Of a stretch of 64,000 bases of DNA, positions 60,389 through 64,000 are shown in pieces. The stretch is from Capsulimonadaceae bacterium (GTDB taxonomy: Bacteria > Armatimonadota > Armatimonadia > Armatimonadales > Capsulimonadaceae). The notes under the pieces were generated by a model that had not been told where the DNA came from, ran no database searches, and saw only the letters and a list, made by a program, of their open reading frames with translations. Where the stretch lies: assembly GCA_965215505.1 (NCBI GenBank), contig OZ244065.1, forward strand, positions 1,696,001 to 1,760,000, written 5' to 3'. Every line of letters starts with the position of its first letter. The stretch's first letter is position 1. A program made the position numbers and the translations under genes.

Positions 60389-61387
60389 GTGGCAGACGAG
60401 ATGACGGGGAAGCCCTATGTGGTGGGCGTGGACCTGGGCGGGACGAACGTCCGGGCGGCGGTGATCGACCGGGCCAGCGAGCAGATCGTGGCGCGCGGGG
60501 AGAACATCTCGTCGCGCGGCATGGACGGGCCGGAGCTGACGGCGATGCAGATCGCGACGGCGGCGATGATGGCGCTGGACCAGGCGGGCGCGGGACTGGA
60601 GCAGGTATTAGGCGTGGGAGTCGCCGTGCCGGGACACGTCAAGGCCAGACAGGGCCTGGTGAAGTGGGCACCGAACTTCAAGGACCAGTGGAAGGACGTG
60701 CCCATCGCCGCGCTCATCGAGCGGCATCTGGGGCTGCCGGTGCAGATCGGCAATGACGCCAACCTGGCCGCCTTGGGCGAGTTCCGGTTCGGGGCGGGGC
60801 GGGCGGTCCGGCACCTGGTCATGGTGACTTTGGGGACGGGCATCGGCGGCGGCATCATCGTGGACGGCAAGCTGCTCGACGGCGCGGACGGCGGGGCGGG
60901 CGAGATCGGCCACATGGTCATCAACCCCGGCGGGCGCGGCGGCAACAGCGCCTTCGGCTCCGTCGAGGGCGAGACGCAGCGCGACGCCATCATCGAGCGG
61001 GCCGCGCGCAAGATCCAGGAGGGCTATGCGACGAGCCTGGGCGAACGCGTAGACTTCAACCGCTTCGCCTTGACGCCCGCGATCATCGCCGAGGAGGCGC
61101 AGAAGGGCGACGCCATCGCGCTGGAGGTCTTCGAGGAGACGGGCTATTACCTCGGTCTGTGCGTCACGAACCTCATTGACATCCTCAACCCGGAGATGGT
61201 CGTCATCGGCGGCGGCATCGCGCAGGCGGGCGACATCCTCCTGGACCCGATCCGCCGGACGGTCACGGCGACGGCCATCCGCTCCCTAGCGAAGTCGTGC
61301 CGGATCGTCCCCGCCGAACTCGGCGACAACGCCGGCGTTTTCGGCGGCGCGGCGATCATCCTGCAAACGCTGGCCGGGGAGGTTTAG
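60389..61387 (+). CDS. ROK-family sugar kinase (glucokinase-like)
   Basis: GVDLGGT, NDANLAALGE, TLGTGIGGG, GEIGH, NPE.VVIGGG, LG.NAG. Confidence 0.9.
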   Translation: MADEMTGKPYVVGVDLGGTNVRAAVIDRASEQIVARGENISSRGMDGPELTAMQIATAAMMALDQAGAGLEQVLGVGVAVPGHVKARQGLVKWAPNFKDQWKDVPIAALIERHLGLPVQIGNDANLAALGEFRFGAGRAVRHLVMVTLGTGIGGGIIVDGKLLDGADGGAGEIGHMVINPGGRGGNSAFGSVEGETQRDAIIERAARKIQEGYATSLGERVDFNRFALTPAIIAEEAQKGDAIALEVFEETGYYLGLCVTNLIDILNPEMVVIGGGIAQAGDILLDPIRRTVTATAIRSLAKSCRIVPAELGDNAGVFGGAAIILQTLAGEV

Positions 61388-61408
61388 CGCGGCGCTCGGG
61401 CCGGGCAG
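61382..61408 (+). promoter_or_regulatory. Possible sigmaB/SigF-like promoter of the 46-aa gene
   Basis: GTTT-N17-GGGCAG. Confidence 0.35.
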
Positions 61409-61454
61409 AAGCAGTCAGCAAACCACACACCGGCACACCCGACAGGAGCGACCG

Positions 61455-61595
61455 ATGGCCGACGAGAAGACCGAGACCCATGAGACGCCGGACGGCGGCA
61501 CGGAGACGACGAAGAGCAGCCACAGCGAGAGCGGCAACGGCAGTTCCACCACGACCGAGACGACGAAGACGACATCGGAAACGAAGCAAGAGTAA
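61455..61595 (+). CDS. 46-aa Thr/Glu/Ser-rich hydrophilic small protein (not in the ORF track)
   Basis: AGGAG RBS; MADEKTETHETPDGGTETTKSSHSESGNGSSTTTETTKTTSETKQE; host-like codons; terminator immediately after. Confidence 0.7.
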   Translation: MADEKTETHETPDGGTETTKSSHSESGNGSSTTTETTKTTSETKQE

Positions 61596-61598
61596 CAG

Positions 61599-61630
61599 AA
61601 ACAGCCCCGGCCAACTGGCCGGGGCTGTTT
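61599..61630. terminator. Bidirectional terminator
   Basis: AAACAGCCCCGGCCA-AC-TGGCCGGGGCTGTTT. Confidence 0.85.
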
Positions 61631-61833
61631 AATGCTTGGTGGACCCCTTCTTGATCTTGTGACCCTCGTACAGCACCACGCCCCAAAAGTAAGAGGCTAC
61701 GAGCCAGCCCAAGATGGAGTTCGTTTGAGTATGTGCATCACCTCGCCAGAAGGCGTAAGCAGTGAAAAGGGCCGCTACGGTCCAGCCCGCGGCGACATAG
61801 GGCCAATAATGTTTTCCTCAGCCATTGTTTCAC
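61629..61833 (-). pseudogene. Small two-TM membrane gene with a +1 frameshift in an A4 run
   Basis: MKQWLRK / HYWPYVAAGWTVAALFTAYAFWRGD...ILGWLVASYFWGVVLYEGHKIKKGSTKH; span is 3n+1. Confidence 0.55.
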
Positions 61834-61835
61834 CC

Positions 61836-62117
61836 CTATACTTGCATCAGGTCTCTTTGGCTGGCAGTGTACTCATTCCTCCACTCGTCTAGTACACGTT
61901 CCGAAACGAGTTCTGAGACTTGCTTGATACAGACCATCCAGTACCAGAAGTCGTAATCGGATTCTGAGGGTGACACTGTCATGTGGCCTGTCCAGTGCGT
62001 CTCGCCATCTTTCCAGCCACTTGTTTTGATGGTCAGCAGGCCGTCGTCATGGAGAATGTGGTGTCTGGGATTGAAATAGCGGTTGCCGCCGCCCATCATG
62101 CTCTTGCCATACATCAC
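61836..62117 (-). CDS. Hypothetical protein
   Basis: 93-aa ORF with GGAGG RBS, downstream of the HD gene. Confidence 0.6.
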   Translation of the reverse strand: MMYGKSMMGGGNRYFNPRHHILHDDGLLTIKTSGWKDGETHWTGHMTVSPSESDYDFWYWMVCIKQVSELVSERVLDEWRNEYTASQRDLMQV

Positions 62118-62136
62118 ACCTCCCGCTCCTTAACTC

Positions 62137-62874
62137 CTACAGATTCACGCCGTTGATTTTCAGGTGGAACTTGCAGCCCAGGAAGTCGGCGGCGCGGCGG
62201 CAGAGGACCATGCGGAGGACGAAGATCTCGAAGTATTCGGTGACGCTGGCGTGGACGGTTTCGATCTCCAGTTCCAGCGTGATGATCTTCGCCTCGGCGT
62301 CCACGCGCAGGTAGGACTTCTGGACGGCGGAGTTGACGCGGTCGTGGATGTCCCACTTGACGGGGTCCTTTTCCTGGACGCGCGAGAAGTGGACGTCGGA
62401 CTTGTCGGCGATGATGACGGCGGCGGAGACGGGCGAGATGGGCAGGCCGTTCGGCTCCTCGTGGTTGCCGACCGCCCCGATGACGGTGGCGATCTCGCCT
62501 GCGGGCATCTTCATGTCGGTCAGGATGGTGTAGGACATGAGCGCGCCCGCCTCGACGTGGCCGATGCGGTTGACGACGCAGCCGATGTCGTGCAGATAGC
62601 CGGCGACGGCGGCAAGCTCGCCCTCGCGGTCCGGGCGGCCGAGCTGTGTCAGGATAGTCCGGGCGATGGTCGAGACGATGCCGGCGTGCCGGTGGCCGTG
62701 TTCGGTGTAGCCGATGGCCTGCATCTGCTCGTTGGCGCGCGTGATGTAGGTGCGGACGCGCGCATCGTGGCGCACATCTTTCAGGGTGAGGGCGGGAGTG
62801 CCGGAGGGGGTGACGGGCGGCGCAATGGGCGTGGTTTCCGTCGCCGGTTCTTGGGTGGTAGGTTCTTGGTTCAT
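62137..62874 (-). CDS. HD-domain phosphohydrolase
   Basis: TEH..RH, YLHDIG, GNHEE, IIADKSD, DIHDRVN. Confidence 0.88.
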   Translation of the reverse strand: MNQEPTTQEPATETTPIAPPVTPSGTPALTLKDVRHDARVRTYITRANEQMQAIGYTEHGHRHAGIVSTIARTILTQLGRPDREGELAAVAGYLHDIGCVVNRIGHVEAGALMSYTILTDMKMPAGEIATVIGAVGNHEEPNGLPISPVSAAVIIADKSDVHFSRVQEKDPVKWDIHDRVNSAVQKSYLRVDAEAKIITLELEIETVHASVTEYFEIFVLRMVLCRRAADFLGCKFHLKINGVNL

Positions 62875-64000
62875 GGTCGCGTGAGTGTTACCGGCGTCAG
62901 CGCCCCCGAGGAGGCGCGCACCGAGCCGCCTTTATCGGCTGTCCAGGTGATGCCGACGTTGGCGCTGCCGTCAAAGTCGGTCTGTAGAGTGTCCTTGTCA
63001 GCCATGCCGCCGGTGACGGCGAGCGTGACCGGGGCAGCCGCCAGCGGCTTGCCGGAACGGTCGGTGATGCGGACGATGAGCTGATCGCGGTCCGGCAGGC
63101 CGCCGGGGTCGGCGGCGAGGCGGGCCTGAATCGTGTAGGTCGCCGGGGCGGGGGCCGCGCCGATGACGGTCACGGGGGCAGTCAGCAGGTGCCCGCCGTA
63201 CATCGCCGCGACGGTCCCTTTGCCGGGCGCGAGGCTGAGGAGATAGCCCTTCTGGTTGACGAACCCCACCCCGCCCGTCGCCGGCCCCTGCCAGATGATC
63301 GCGGGCGACGCGCCCGACACCAGGCGGTCGCCGTCCTGCACCCGCAGCGGCACGGCGCGGCCCACGGTGATGGGCGTCAGGGGGACGACCAGATGCGCGG
63401 ACGAAGTTTCTTGGCTTGCCTCCGCGTCCGCCGTGACGGCAGGCAGCGCGGGGGCGTCGGGCTGATAGGCGTGGTCGCTGTAGACGAGCAGCATGTCGGC
63501 CACGGGCCGCTCCTCCCCCGCCCCGCTCGGGTTGTTGACCGCCAGCCCGCCGACGGCCATGGCGGTCGAGCCGCCGCCGTCCAGGTTGATCGCGTTCCAG
63601 GCCCCATAGCGTTTGAGGATCAGGGCCATGTCGGTCAGCGACACGCCTTTGGAGAACGCCTGCCGCCCGTCCACCGTCACCAGCAGGAGGTGATGACCGT
63701 CGCGCGTCGTCCCGACGGCCGTGCGCGGGTTCAGGCCATCCGAGAAGCCCGTTTCAAAGCCCTCCGCGATCCAGTCTACCGCGACCTGCCCATTGACGAG
63801 CAGGTGCGGACCGCCGCCGACCGCCTGGGGCACCTGCGCCCAGAGCCAGGCGCTCCGGCTGATGCCCGCGCCGGACCGCGAGGGCAGGTCGCGCCCCGTC
63901 CGGGGCAGGGAAGCGACCTGCACCGCGCGCTCCGTCTCCCCGACGGGTGCGACAGCGAGGACAAAGCTCACCCGGTCGCCGGGGTGCAGGTGCCGCGCCA
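62871..64000 (-). CDS. Phosphodiester glycosidase (NAGPA-like) protein with C-terminal Ig-like domains; 5' part lies outside the window
   Basis: AVGGGP.L, NPRTAVG, VTVDGRQ..S.G, AINLDGGGST, NPS...ERPV. Confidence 0.85.
   Translation of the reverse strand, partial: ARHLHPGDRVSFVLAVAPVGETERAVQVASLPRTGRDLPSRSGAGISRSAWLWAQVPQAVGGGPHLLVNGQVAVDWIAEGFETGFSDGLNPRTAVGTTRDGHHLLLVTVDGRQAFSKGVSLTDMALILKRYGAWNAINLDGGGSTAMAVGGLAVNNPSGAGEERPVADMLLVYSDHAYQPDAPALPAVTADAEASQETSSAHLVVPLTPITVGRAVPLRVQDGDRLVSGASPAIIWQGPATGGVGFVNQKGYLLSLAPGKGTVAAMYGGHLLTAPVTVIGAAPAPATYTIQARLAADPGGLPDRDQLIVRITDRSGKPLAAAPVTLAVTGGMADKDTLQTDFDGSANVGITWTADKGGSVRASSGALTPVTLTRP

Overview
GC-rich bacterial chromosomal window. The prepilin/H-X9-DG protein, PEP-CTERM-like protein, SBP-permease fusion and mcsB-clpC pair suggest Armatimonadota (inference). 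The housekeeping backbone comprises hisF, tRNA-Pro, ndk, thrS-infC-rpmI-rplT-pheS-pheT, priA-def-fmt, tRNA-Ser, ilvE-mcsA'-mcsB-clpC, a complete nuoA-N operon, metH and a ROK kinase. It is repeatedly interrupted by small accessory genes: five or six toxin-antitoxin-type loci and many hypotheticals, four of them broken by a single stop or frameshift. No integrase, transposase, prophage or CRISPR array was seen. The most notable signals are: a NuoF lacking the three Phe residues that normally stack the NADH adenine; a Rex-like operator over the nuo promoter; four sigmaB/SigF-like promoter motifs ahead of partner-switching and stress-type genes, including an unannotated 46-aa hydrophilic protein; a divergent stand-alone ClpX paralogue; an McsB with an altered active-site Cys motif beside a miniature McsA; two related REPIN-like elements; a candidate L20 leader with an ATC-initiated infC; a CaMKII-hub-like protein; and a multi-zinc-finger protein. 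All calls rest on reading the sequence and on remembered motifs; no database searches were run.
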